Assembly: GCA_964202905.1 (NCBI GenBank)
Contig: CAXNJO010000004.1
Location: 96,001-160,000, forward strand
Direction of reading: 5' to 3'
DNA: 64,000 nucleotides
Source: Polyangiales bacterium
GTDB taxonomy: Bacteria; Myxococcota_A; Polyangia; Polyangiales; JADJQN01
In this document: one piece after another, positions 50,069-59,322 of the stretch
Numbering within the stretch: the stretch's first letter is position 1
Layout: each line of letters opens with the position of its first letter
Notes under the pieces: model-generated
The model's database searches: none
The model's input: only the letters and a program-made list of their open reading frames with translations
What the model was told of the DNA's origin: nothing
Translations under genes and position numbers: made by a program

Positions 50069-51645
50069 CCATGCGCTCGCGCTCCGCCGCCATCCTCGGG
50101 ATGCTCGGCTGCATCCTGGCGTTGCTTGGCGTGCCGGTCTTCGTGGGCGCCGGGCTCGCGGGTTGTGGCGAGGACGCCACGGCTGAAGGGGAGGGGACGA
50201 CGCAGGTTTCGGGGGAGTCGACCGCCGGAGGTGAATCGGCTGACGGGGTCGTTGGTACGGGCGGAAGCCCGTCAGGCGGCGGCGCGGGAGCGACCGGTCC
50301 ATCCGCTCCGCCCCCGGGTGATCTCGAGGACGACGATGGCGCGCCACCGCCGTCGGGCGGCGCCACCGCACAATCGGCCGTCGACGGCGGAGTCGCCGCC
50401 ACACCGGCGAACGACGACCCGGGCTGGGGGTCGCCCGATGCTGACACGGGAACTCCGCTCCCCGCGCGTCGCGCCATGGGGACTGCTGCACGTGCGGCCT
50501 ACCGGAATGGCTTGGCCGCTTCAGCGTCCGGCAACGACGCGGCCGCCCGTCAGGCGTTCGAGGCGGCGCTGAGCGCCGACCCGGGTGCGTTCAAGGCGGC
50601 GTACAACCTGGGTGTCATCGCGGACCGCGCCGGGAACGAGAACCGCGCACTCGAGTACTATCGGCAATCTCTTCGGCTGCAGGCGGATTACGAGCGCGCG
50701 GCAGAGGGAATCATGGCGATCTACGTCCGGCGCGGTGCCGTTCCCGACGCATTGGCGTTCATCGAACCGCTGGCGCGGCAGTGGGGCCGCAACATCGCGT
50801 TGCAGGCCCTCTACGCCGAGATTCTCGTGGCCTCCGAGCGGCACGATGACGCCATCACCGCGGCGCGGGCGGCGCTTCGACGCGACGAGCGGTTCGTGCC
50901 GGCCATGATCGCCATCGTCAAAGCAAGCCTCAAGCGTCAACCGCCGCGGACGGAGCTCGCAGAGAGCGTGCTCGATCAAGCGCTCGCCATCGATGACAAC
51001 AATGCCGAAGTCCACTTCCTGAAGGGGCGCATGCTCCAGACGGCGAGTCGGCTGGGTGAAGCCCTCTCGGAGTATCGTCGAGCCGTGGATCTGCGTCCCG
51101 ATTTCGCGGAGGCGCGGGTCGCGTTGGGGCTCCAGTTCATCGCCTCGGGCAATTACGCCGAGGCGGAGCTAGCGTTCGAGGTCGCGTCGCGCTTGCTTCC
51201 GGGCAGCGTCGAGGTCGCTCTGAATCTCGCCGACTCGTACCGCGCGAGCAAGCAGTGGACGAAGGCGAAGTCGGCCTTCGACAGGGCGCTCGGGATGCGG
51301 GAGCGCTTGCCTCAGGCTCACTTCAACCTGGGCCTCATGTACATGGCTGCGGGTGATCAATATCCCGGCATGGACAAACTCACGGCTTTGCAGCGCGCAA
51401 CCCAAGAGATGAACTTGTATCGGGACCAAATGGGCCCGAGCATGCCCCGCACCGATCCCTCGGGGGATGTCCTCGCGGACCTTGCGAAGCAGATCGAGCG
51501 CGAGCAGAAGCGGCTCGAGCGTGAGAAGGTGCGGCTCGAGCGTGAGGCGGCGAAGAAGGCGCGTGATGCTGCCCGCGCCGCGTCGTCGGGCGCTCCCGAC
51601 GCCGGCGCTTCCGCAGCGCCTGTCCCGGCACCGTCCACCCCCTGA
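50065..51645 (+). CDS. TPR lipoprotein (GltE/AglT-like)
   Basis: Lipobox LAGC, disordered linker, TPR array, charged C-terminal coiled coil. Confidence 0.78.
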   Translation: MTMRSRSAAILGMLGCILALLGVPVFVGAGLAGCGEDATAEGEGTTQVSGESTAGGESADGVVGTGGSPSGGGAGATGPSAPPPGDLEDDDGAPPPSGGATAQSAVDGGVAATPANDDPGWGSPDADTGTPLPARRAMGTAARAAYRNGLAASASGNDAAARQAFEAALSADPGAFKAAYNLGVIADRAGNENRALEYYRQSLRLQADYERAAEGIMAIYVRRGAVPDALAFIEPLARQWGRNIALQALYAEILVASERHDDAITAARAALRRDERFVPAMIAIVKASLKRQPPRTELAESVLDQALAIDDNNAEVHFLKGRMLQTASRLGEALSEYRRAVDLRPDFAEARVALGLQFIASGNYAEAELAFEVASRLLPGSVEVALNLADSYRASKQWTKAKSAFDRALGMRERLPQAHFNLGLMYMAAGDQYPGMDKLTALQRATQEMNLYRDQMGPSMPRTDPSGDVLADLAKQIEREQKRLEREKVRLEREAAKKARDAARAASSGAPDAGASAAPVPAPSTP

Positions 51646-51664
51646 CCGCCTTGAGGTCGATGCC

Positions 51665-51928
51665 ATGAAACTCTTCGCATTCTTTCCGGCCGCTCTCGTG
51701 TTCACGCTTGCTTGGGTCGGCCAAGCGCCCGCGGCGGCAGCTCAGGCGAGGCCCGCCCGACGTGGTCCGCGTGTGATCCAACTCGAGGAGATTCGGATCG
51801 AGGGCCGCGTGCAGAAGCCCAACGCCTTCTACATCCTCAACCGCTCGAACCTCGGATACGAGGTCCTCGACCTGCGGACCAGTTTTCTCCGTGAGGTTGT
51901 TCGTACCGTTCAACGCGAACCCTTCTGA
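51665..51928 (+). CDS. Small exported GltF/CglF-like protein
   Basis: 87 aa, signal peptide, VIQLEEIRIEGRVQKP...FL.EVV motif resembling the GltF family; GAGG RBS. Confidence 0.78.
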   Translation: MKLFAFFPAALVFTLAWVGQAPAAAAQARPARRGPRVIQLEEIRIEGRVQKPNAFYILNRSNLGYEVLDLRTSFLREVVRTVQREPF

Positions 51929-51945
51929 GAAGCGGGGCGCCCGAC

Positions 51946-52581
51946 TTGTTTCTTGCCGCGCAGATTGCGGTCGCCGTCGCCGCATCTGCGGTCGTGGTGA
52001 AGCACGTCAGGGTGTTGTTTTTCGTTGCACCGCTCGAGGCGGTCCCCTTCTTACGAGCGCTCCAGCGCTGCCTCGACGTCGGTGACCTCCGCGGCGCGCG
52101 GGCGCTCGCCGAGGCTGGCGGGCCCGGTTGGATTGCACACGCGGCCGCCGCCAGCCTGGCCGCGTGGCCCGATCCAGGTGCAGTGGGGCAGCGCCTCGAA
52201 GAGGTCCTCGCCGATCGGCGTGACGACGCGCGCGCTGCAACTCGTCCGTTGCGGGCGGTTGCAAGCCTTTCATCGAGCCTTGGGATGTTGTTCGCGATCT
52301 TGAGTTTGAACGGGGTCGGTGGGGCTTCCGGTGGGCTGCTCGCGCTCGAGGCCGGGCTCGAGCAGTCGCTCGCGGTCGGGCGTGCGGTCGCGTGTGTCGC
52401 GACGGGCGGCGCCACTTCACTCATCGTGCTCGCGGCAACGGGCGCGCTTCGGCGGCAATCGCGACGACTCCTTGAGGACCTGTCCCGTTTGTCGTCGGCG
52501 CTTTCAGTGCATGTCTCGGGCCTCTCCTCCTACCCTCCTGTGATCGCGCGAGCGCAGTCCGCCTCGCAATCTTCCGGGTGA
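51946..52581 (+). CDS. Degenerate MotA/TolQ/ExbB (AglR-like) membrane protein
   Basis: TTG start; 3-TM layout with F...LQ..L..GDL..A..L loop and LEEVL....R....LRAVASLSSSLGMLFAI; channel motifs eroded. Confidence 0.55.
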   Translation: MFLAAQIAVAVAASAVVVKHVRVLFFVAPLEAVPFLRALQRCLDVGDLRGARALAEAGGPGWIAHAAAASLAAWPDPGAVGQRLEEVLADRRDDARAATRPLRAVASLSSSLGMLFAILSLNGVGGASGGLLALEAGLEQSLAVGRAVACVATGGATSLIVLAATGALRRQSRRLLEDLSRLSSALSVHVSGLSSYPPVIARAQSASQSSG

Positions 52582-52586
52582 GCGTC

Positions 52587-52616
52587 TAGACCGGTGCCGC
52601 GCGAGGGTGCTAGTGT
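52587..52616 (+). promoter_or_regulatory. Possible internal promoter for the gltG-like gene
   Basis: TAGACC-18 nt-TAGTGT with extended TG. Confidence 0.4.
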
Positions 52617-52755
52617 CCCGCCGCCTCGCGATGCTGAACGCTCGGGGGGAACTTTTCACGGAACGGGGCGTCTCTGGTGAGGTTGGTGCTGACGAGCGAC
52701 GCACCGACTCCAACCCGGATGGCTCCCACCCACACGACGAAGAGGTAGACGACCG

Positions 52756-54249
52756 ATGACCACGGGCAATCAGCCTCCGCAGCAGGGACAAGGGCAGCCG
52801 CAGCGCGGACGTCCTGGGGCGATGACGATGGCCATGCAGGCCGTCAACGTGCCGACATCCGGCCCGAAGGTCCTGCGGATCGGTGTCATCCAGGGCGGGA
52901 AGATCGTCGAGGAGCGGATCATCCGCCGCCGCGAGACGGTGTCCGTCGGCAGCTCCGAGCGGAACCACTTCATCGTCCAGACAGAGAAGCTCCCGGCACG
53001 CTTCGAGCTCTTCCAGTTGGTCGGCTCCGACTACATCCTCAATTTCACTGAGGATATGCGCGGTCGCGTCGGCCTTCCCGCTGGCGTGCAGGACCTCGGC
53101 CAGCTCCGCGCGTCGGGCGCGGCGCGCAACGCCGGTGCGTATTGGCAGGTCAAGCTCAACGACAATTCGCGCGGCAAGGTCACGCTCGGCGACACGACGC
53201 TGCTCTTCCAGTTTGTGAGTCCTCCCCCCGTCCAGCCCCGTCCACAACTACCGGCCGCCGCGCGTGGTGGGTTCGTGAAGGGGATCGACTGGGTCTTCAC
53301 GGCGTTCATCACGTTCTCCTTCATGATGCACTTCGGGTTCATCATCTATTTGGAGAACGCCGACTGGCCTCTCGAGTCTGGGATCGGCGAGTTGCCGCCG
53401 GAGTTGGCCCGCATGATTCTGGACGAGCCTCCTCCCCCGCCCGTCGAGGAGACGCCGACCGAGGAGGTCACGGACGCCCCGGTGGAGGAGGCCGTCGCCG
53501 AGACCCCGCAGCCGACGCGCGCGCCGGCCCAAAACCAAGCTTCGAATGCGAACGCGCAAAACTCCGGGGCGGACCAAGCCAGTGCCGCCGAGGCCACTGC
53601 GCGCGTGGCGGAAGAAGCCGCCGCGGCTGCCGAGATGCTCCTCGTGGGTGCTCTTGGCGAAGGCGCAGACAGCGCGTTTCGTGACGTCCTGGCAGGCGGC
53701 GCCGTCACGGGCAACGCCAGCGATGTCCTCGCGCAGGCGAATGGCGTGGGCGTAGCCTCCGGCGCCGCCGGCGGCGCTTTGCGCACGCGCACTGGCGGCG
53801 GCAACGGTTCGGGTGAGGGCGGCGATCTTGGCGGTCTCGCGGCTGCGGGCGGAGCGGGCGCGACGGTGCAACAGGCCGAGGGGCAACAGGTGGTCGAGGT
53901 GCGTGTGCGCGGGAACCTCCGTCTCGACGATGGCGAGGCCATCGGGGGCGACGGTGATTTCGATGCGCGGCAGGTCGTCTCCCTCATCCGTCAGCGCCTG
54001 TCGGCCATCCGCGCCTGCTACGAGCGGGAGCTTCGACGCAACCCGCAGCTCTCGGGCAAGGTGACCGTCGACTTCACCATCCAGACGACCGGCTCTGTAT
54101 CGAACGTGCGAGCCTCGGAGAACACGACGGGAGACGATGCGGTCGCCTCGTGCGTGACCGGTGTCGTGCAGCGCTTCCGCTGGAACCCGGGTCCGGAGGG
54201 CGGCTCAGTCACGTTCTCCTATCCGTTCGTGTTCGCCCCGCAGAACTAG
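52756..54249 (+). CDS. GltG/PglI-like protein (FHA-like domain, TM, linker, TonB_C)
   Basis: LRIGVIQGGKIVEE N-terminal beta domain, TM with SxxxH (SFMMH), Pro/Glu/Gly linker, IRACYERELRRNPQLSGKV...CV...SYPFVF C-terminus. Confidence 0.85.
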   Translation: MTTGNQPPQQGQGQPQRGRPGAMTMAMQAVNVPTSGPKVLRIGVIQGGKIVEERIIRRRETVSVGSSERNHFIVQTEKLPARFELFQLVGSDYILNFTEDMRGRVGLPAGVQDLGQLRASGAARNAGAYWQVKLNDNSRGKVTLGDTTLLFQFVSPPPVQPRPQLPAAARGGFVKGIDWVFTAFITFSFMMHFGFIIYLENADWPLESGIGELPPELARMILDEPPPPPVEETPTEEVTDAPVEEAVAETPQPTRAPAQNQASNANAQNSGADQASAAEATARVAEEAAAAAEMLLVGALGEGADSAFRDVLAGGAVTGNASDVLAQANGVGVASGAAGGALRTRTGGGNGSGEGGDLGGLAAAGGAGATVQQAEGQQVVEVRVRGNLRLDDGEAIGGDGDFDARQVVSLIRQRLSAIRACYERELRRNPQLSGKVTVDFTIQTTGSVSNVRASENTTGDDAVASCVTGVVQRFRWNPGPEGGSVTFSYPFVFAPQN

Positions 54250-54280
54250 GCACGGCGAGGACACGGTCTCCCGCACGACG

Positions 54281-54309
54281 ACGGCGCCCCTCGGGGCGCC
54301 GTTTTCGTT
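54281..54309 (+). terminator. Rho-independent terminator
   Basis: ACGGCGCCC-CTCG-GGGCGCCGT stem-loop followed by TTTCGTT, about 30 nt after the gltG-like stop. Confidence 0.75.
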
Positions 54310-54357
54310 GGTGCCGCGCTTGCGTCGCAAGGACACTCAGTCCAACGTTCCGCCGCC

Positions 54358-55317
54358 ATGATCGAAGGAAAGCGCATTTTCGTCACCGGTGGCGCCGGGT
54401 TCATCGGCTCCACGCTCATCGGTCGGCTCATCGCGCGCAACGAGATCGTCGCCTTCGACAACCTCGCACGCAATACGCTTCAGCATCAGGCGTTCGCCGC
54501 GCACCCGAATTTGCGGCTCGTCGAAGGGGACGTCCTCGACACGCGCGCCCTCGCCGAAGCGATGGGTGACGCGCAGATCGTGGTGCATTGCGCAGCGATC
54601 GCGGGCATCGACACGGTGATCAAGAGCCCGGTCATGACCATGCGGGTCAACATGGTCGGCTCCGCCAACGTCCTCGAGGCCGCGTCGCGCCTCTCGGCAT
54701 GCGAGCGAGTGGTCTGTTTTTCCACCAGCGAGGTTTTCGGCTCGCATGCCTTCCGGTCGAGCGAGACGGACAAACCTGTCATGGGAGTCGTCGGCGAGGC
54801 GAGATGGACGTATGCCGTTTCGAAGCTCGCGGAGGAGCATCTCGCGATGGCGTACTGGAGCGAGCGGAGCTTGCCCTGCGCCGTCGTTCGCCCCTTCAAC
54901 GTCTACGGACCGGGCCAAGTGGGAGAAGGCGCGCTGCGCACGTTCGTCCAGCGGGCGCTCCGTGACGAACCGATCGAGATTCACGGGGACGGGACGCAGA
55001 TTCGCGCCTGGTGCTACGTCGACGACATGGTCGATGCCACGATGCTGGCGATGGAGCACCCCGCGGCGATCGGTCAGTCGTTCAACGTCGGCAATCAGCG
55101 CGCCGTGGTCACCATCTACGGCCTTGCAAACGCGGTCGTGCGTGTTCTCGGGAGCAAGTCGGAGATCCGCTTCATCCGCAAGGATTACGCGGACGTCGAA
55201 TTGCGTGTACCCCACGTCGCAAAAGCTCGCGATCTCCTGGGTTTCGAGGCGAAGGTCGACCTCGAGGAGGGGCTGCGACGTACGGCGGACTACTACCGCC
55301 TCCATCTTTCACGCTGA
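54358..55317 (+). CDS. NAD-dependent nucleotide-sugar epimerase/dehydratase
   Basis: [35 protein letters not shown]. Confidence 0.92.
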   Translation: MIEGKRIFVTGGAGFIGSTLIGRLIARNEIVAFDNLARNTLQHQAFAAHPNLRLVEGDVLDTRALAEAMGDAQIVVHCAAIAGIDTVIKSPVMTMRVNMVGSANVLEAASRLSACERVVCFSTSEVFGSHAFRSSETDKPVMGVVGEARWTYAVSKLAEEHLAMAYWSERSLPCAVVRPFNVYGPGQVGEGALRTFVQRALRDEPIEIHGDGTQIRAWCYVDDMVDATMLAMEHPAAIGQSFNVGNQRAVVTIYGLANAVVRVLGSKSEIRFIRKDYADVELRVPHVAKARDLLGFEAKVDLEEGLRRTADYYRLHLSR

Positions 55318-55345
55318 AGCTGCCGCTCTCCGGGAGGCCCGTCGC

Positions 55346-55966
55346 ATGTCCGCTGCCGCGTCCGGCGAACGCAACTCCGGGCAAGACCCGAGCGTGACGG
55401 TCCACCCGACCGCCGTCATCGACGCCGACGTCGCGATCGGCCAGGGAACGCGCGTGTGGCACTTTGTCCACGTGTCTTCGGGCGCGCGAATCGGCGCGCG
55501 GTGCTCGCTTGGGCAGAACGTGTTTGTCGCCCGCGGTGTCCCGATCGGCGACGGCGTGAAGATCCAGAACAACGTGAGTTTGTTCGAAGGGGTCGAGATC
55601 TCGGACGACGTCTTTCTCGGTCCGAGCTGCGTCTTCACGAACGTGAACAACCCGCGTGCCTTCGTGGAGCGCAAGAGCGAGTTTCGCAGGACGCTCGTCG
55701 AGCGGGGCGCCAGCATCGGCGCCAACGCGGTGATCGTGTGCGGTCACACCATCGGCGCCTACGCCTTCGTCGGTGCTGGGGCCGTCGTGACGCGTGACGT
55801 ACCGGCGTATGCGGTGGTGGTGGGCAACCCGGCCCGTCGAATTGGTTGGATGTGTCGCTGCGGGCAGCGACTCCCTGCGCGTGACACATCGCGGTGCGAC
55901 GCGTGCGGGCTCGCCTACGTCGTCTCCGAAGGTCAGTGTCGCGAGAGCGAGGACGGTGCCTCGTGA
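55346..55966 (+). CDS. Hexapeptide-repeat N-acetyltransferase (WbpD/WlbB-like)
   Basis: IGQGTRVWHFVHV...GQNV...VKIQNNVS...GPSCVFTNVNNPR...GNPARRIGWMCRCG. Confidence 0.9.
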   Translation: MSAAASGERNSGQDPSVTVHPTAVIDADVAIGQGTRVWHFVHVSSGARIGARCSLGQNVFVARGVPIGDGVKIQNNVSLFEGVEISDDVFLGPSCVFTNVNNPRAFVERKSEFRRTLVERGASIGANAVIVCGHTIGAYAFVGAGAVVTRDVPAYAVVVGNPARRIGWMCRCGQRLPARDTSRCDACGLAYVVSEGQCRESEDGAS

Positions 55967-57090
55967 CCCGCGCCGTGCCGATCCCCTTGCTCGATCTCGC
56001 TGCGCAGAATCACCCTCTGCTTCCTGCGTTCCGCGAGGCGTTCGACCGCGTAGCAACTCGGGGGCAGTTCATCCTCGGACCCGAGGTCGAGGCATTCGAG
56101 CAAGCCATCGCGGCTTATCTCGGCGTCAAACACGCGGTCGGGGTCTCCAGCGGCACCGACGCGGTCCTCGTCGCCCTGATGGCGCTCGGGATTGGGCCCG
56201 GCGACGAGGTGATCACGACGCCGTTCAGCTTCTTCGCGACCGCTGGGTGTGTGGCCCGGGTCGGTGCGGTGCCGGTCTTTGTCGATGTCGACCCTGACAC
56301 CTTCAACCTCGATGTGTCACGCGTTGCGCAGGCGATCACCGTCCGTACCCGCGCGATCATGCCGGTGCACCTCTTCGGGCAACCGTGCGCGATGGCCCGC
56401 TTGCAGGCGGTGGCCTGTGAGCACGGTCTGCCGATCATCGAGGATGCGGCACAGGCGATCGGGGCGCGGACGGCGATCGGACCGGTGGGCGGTCTGGGGG
56501 CGCTCGGCGCGTTCAGCTTCTTCCCTTCGAAGAACCTGGGCGCGTTCGGCGATGCGGGGCTGGTCACTTCGAACGACGAGGCGCTCGCGGCGCGTGTTCG
56601 TCTGCTCCGCTCGCACGGCGCGGAACCGAAGTACTACAACAGCGCGATCGGCGGCAATTTCCGCCTCGATGCTCTTCAGGCGGCGATCCTCGCCGTAAAA
56701 CTGCCGCATCTCGAAGTCTGGGCGAAGGGGAGAGCGGAGAACGCCGCGCGCTACACCGAGGCGTTCTCGGCTGCGGGACTGAGAGCGGAGCAGCTGACGC
56801 TGCCTCGTGCGGTCGAGCCCGGCCACGTCTGGAACCAATACACGATCCGCTCGTCCCGTCGCGATGCCCTGCGTGCGCATCTCACGTCCGCTGGGATCGG
56901 CCACGAGATCTACTACCCCGTGCCACTCCACCGGCAGACCTGCTTTCGCACGCTCGGTATCGACGAGGGCCGCTTCCCTGAAGCGGAGCGCTGCGCACGC
57001 GAGGCCCTGTCGCTCCCGCTCTTCCCCGAACTCGGGGATGTGCGGCGCGCGCGCGTCGTCGCAGAAGTTCTGGCAGGTCTCGCGGGCTGA
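55963..57090 (+). CDS. DegT/DnrJ/StrS aminotransferase (WbpE-like)
   Basis: SSGTDA, PVHLFGQ, EDAAQA, SFFPSKNLGAFGDAG, NFRLDALQAA. Confidence 0.92.
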   Translation: MTRAVPIPLLDLAAQNHPLLPAFREAFDRVATRGQFILGPEVEAFEQAIAAYLGVKHAVGVSSGTDAVLVALMALGIGPGDEVITTPFSFFATAGCVARVGAVPVFVDVDPDTFNLDVSRVAQAITVRTRAIMPVHLFGQPCAMARLQAVACEHGLPIIEDAAQAIGARTAIGPVGGLGALGAFSFFPSKNLGAFGDAGLVTSNDEALAARVRLLRSHGAEPKYYNSAIGGNFRLDALQAAILAVKLPHLEVWAKGRAENAARYTEAFSAAGLRAEQLTLPRAVEPGHVWNQYTIRSSRRDALRAHLTSAGIGHEIYYPVPLHRQTCFRTLGIDEGRFPEAERCAREALSLPLFPELGDVRRARVVAEVLAGLAG

Positions 57091-57163
57091 CCGCGACGTC
57101 GAACGAGCAGCGGACCTTCGCGCAACAGACCCACACACCGTTCACCCGTGTCCGGGGCCGTCG

Positions 57164-57191
57164 TTGACACCCCGTACCCGATCGATATACT
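57164..57191 (+). promoter_or_regulatory. Near-consensus sigma70 promoter
   Basis: TTGACA-16 nt-TATACT, then GGGAGG RBS before ATG 57215. Confidence 0.75.
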
Positions 57192-57214
57192 CCGACCGCC
57201 TCACGGGAGGGTCC

Positions 57215-57832
57215 ATGTTCGCTTCGCGCTTTCAGACGGTGGTCCGCCAACTCGGCGGTACCCGATACGCGGTCACTCTCGCGCTCGCTGCGCTTCTTGC
57301 GGGTGGTGGGATTGCGCTCGCGCAGGACCGCAGCGGGTCTTCGCCAGAGGACGATGCGTCCGCGGACGTGGAGCGCCGCGCCAACCTCACCGGTCCCGAG
57401 CAGCTCGCCGAAGCCGAGCGGATCGAAACGCGCGCCAACCAGATCAGCCGACGCGTTCAGCAGATGCTCGACGAGGCGCGACGCGAGCGAGATATCCTAC
57501 GCGTGACCTGCCTCAACGACAAACTCACCCAAATCAACGCCAACGCGCGCACGACGAGCACGCGCGGCGATGCCCTCCGCGAGGCCGTTCAGATGAATGA
57601 CGACGCGCGGCGGGATCACGAGTTCACCGTGCTCACGGTGCTCGGCCAGAAGTTCCGGACCCTCGAGCAGGAAGCCAACCAGTGTGTGGGCCAGGACATC
57701 TTTGAGACGGGGACCACCCGGGTCGAGACGAGCATCGATCCGGCGACCCCGGACGAGGATACCTCCGCGGTGCTTTCTTACCCGGAGGTTCCCGTACCCT
57801 TCATTCCTCCGCCTGCCAGCGTGTCGATGTAG
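57215..57832 (+). CDS. Exported alpha-helical coiled-coil protein
   Basis: Signal peptide (IALA-Q); LDEARRERDILRVTCLNDKL...HEF...LEQEANQCVG with two Cys; acidic/Pro tail. Confidence 0.8.
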   Translation: MFASRFQTVVRQLGGTRYAVTLALAALLAGGGIALAQDRSGSSPEDDASADVERRANLTGPEQLAEAERIETRANQISRRVQQMLDEARRERDILRVTCLNDKLTQINANARTTSTRGDALREAVQMNDDARRDHEFTVLTVLGQKFRTLEQEANQCVGQDIFETGTTRVETSIDPATPDEDTSAVLSYPEVPVPFIPPPASVSM

Positions 57833-57916
57833 CCGTTCACTACTCTCATCGTCATTGAAAGCAGCGTTCAGGATGGGGCGAAGTCGGGTCCCCAACACTT
57901 CGGAGATCCCCGGGAC

Positions 57917-59293
57917 ATGCGCTTGAGCAACGTTCGCGTGCTGGCTGGACTGGCCGCCGCCATCACCAGCCTGACGGTCGTCCAGTCCGTAACCGCCCAA
58001 GATTGGCTCGCTGACCGGAAGCGGTCGGAGGGGGCCGGAATCCGCGTGGGTGATTTCGAACTTCATCCCGGGGTCGGGGTGGAGGTGGGTTACGACTCCA
58101 ACGTCTTTTTCTCGGACGGGAGTGCGACGAGCGCGGTGCCGGTGGCGTCTCCAATCTTGCGTGTGACCCCACACTTGAGTTTCTCGACGCTTTCCGCCAC
58201 CCGCGAGGCCGAGGGCGAGGCGCGAGAAGGGGCTGGTGCGGGTGCGCCCACAGTGCAGTTCCGAGGCGGAATCTCTGCGTCGTACTACGCGTTTTTCGCG
58301 GACGAGGCACGGAACAACGTCGGGCTCGACGGCGACCTCAATCTCGTGATTCTCCCGGATCGGCCTTTTTCCATCACGCTTCACGAGCGCTTCACGCGCG
58401 TCGTCCGGCCCTTCACGGAGCAGCGCAGCATCGGCGGTTCCGATAGGCGCCTCGATTTCGGCCGAAATGAGAACGATGCGGGCGTGGACTTTTCCTTCGG
58501 AACGCCGGGCCGTGTGCTCGCTGGAACAGCGGGTTACTCCCTCGCGGTCGGCTTCTTCGACGGGGAAGACTTCCAGTTCGCGAATAGCGTGACTCACAAC
58601 TTCCGCGCCGGTGCCAGCTTCCGATTCCTCCCGCAAACCGCCCTCGTGTACGACTTCGAGGGCCAGTACCGGGTCTACCCGTCCTTCGCGCCCGGGACAT
58701 CGCCGACGCTCTTGTCGAACGGGTTCAACCTTCGGACGCGCGTCGGAATCAACGGTGCCATCACGACCCGCCTTTCGCTCAGCGCGATGGTCGGTTACGG
58801 CGCTGGTTGGTTCGATGCTCGGGACGACTTTGACTCGGTGGTCGGTCAGGCGGAGCTCCGCTGGCAAGCGACTTCGAATTTCCGCCTCTCTCTGGGCTAC
58901 GACCGCAACTTCCGGCCGTCCTACGTGGGGAATTTCATGCGTGCCGACCGCGCCTACGCCAGCGCCCAACTTCTGCTTGCCGGCTCGTTCATGCTGGGCG
59001 CGGAGGCCTCCCTCTCCCTCCTCGACTTCGGTGTGCCCGTGCTTGGGAGCGACGTGCGTACCGCGCTGGGTTCGAATCCCGATGGTTCCGTGTCGCGGTC
59101 CGATGTCCGGCTCTCCGGGTCGATTTTTGCGGAGTATCGGTTCACGAACTGGCTTGGCGTCAACGCGACCCTCCGCTACACCGGCGACTACACAGACTAT
59201 CGCTACATCATCACGGACGCCGCTGGAACCGTGCTCGACCCGGCCGGATACAGCAAGTTCGAGGGCTGGTTGGGCGTGCGGGCATTCTACTGA
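57917..59293 (+). CDS. Outer-membrane beta-barrel, putative polysaccharide secretion porin (EpsX/ExoB/Wzp-like)
   Basis: Signal peptide, GIRVGDFELHPGV.VEVGYDSNV start, amphipathic beta strands, C-terminal aromatic (GVRAFY); immediately upstream of the OPX gene. Confidence 0.8.
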   Translation: MRLSNVRVLAGLAAAITSLTVVQSVTAQDWLADRKRSEGAGIRVGDFELHPGVGVEVGYDSNVFFSDGSATSAVPVASPILRVTPHLSFSTLSATREAEGEAREGAGAGAPTVQFRGGISASYYAFFADEARNNVGLDGDLNLVILPDRPFSITLHERFTRVVRPFTEQRSIGGSDRRLDFGRNENDAGVDFSFGTPGRVLAGTAGYSLAVGFFDGEDFQFANSVTHNFRAGASFRFLPQTALVYDFEGQYRVYPSFAPGTSPTLLSNGFNLRTRVGINGAITTRLSLSAMVGYGAGWFDARDDFDSVVGQAELRWQATSNFRLSLGYDRNFRPSYVGNFMRADRAYASAQLLLAGSFMLGAEASLSLLDFGVPVLGSDVRTALGSNPDGSVSRSDVRLSGSIFAEYRFTNWLGVNATLRYTGDYTDYRYIITDAAGTVLDPAGYSKFEGWLGVRAFY

Positions 59294-59322
59294 CCGAACG
59301 CGTTCGTTGGTTCGCGCATCCC

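Noticed and set aside
52680..52716. GGTTGG...CCAACC hairpin in the gltG-like leader as a riboswitch or ncRNA
   Set aside because: No recognisable family motif; short stems arise easily at this GC.
42907..54249. Calling the cluster the canonical gliding gltD-G operon with gene symbols
   Set aside because: gltH/I/J are absent and the leading genes differ; paralogue identity cannot be fixed without phylogeny.
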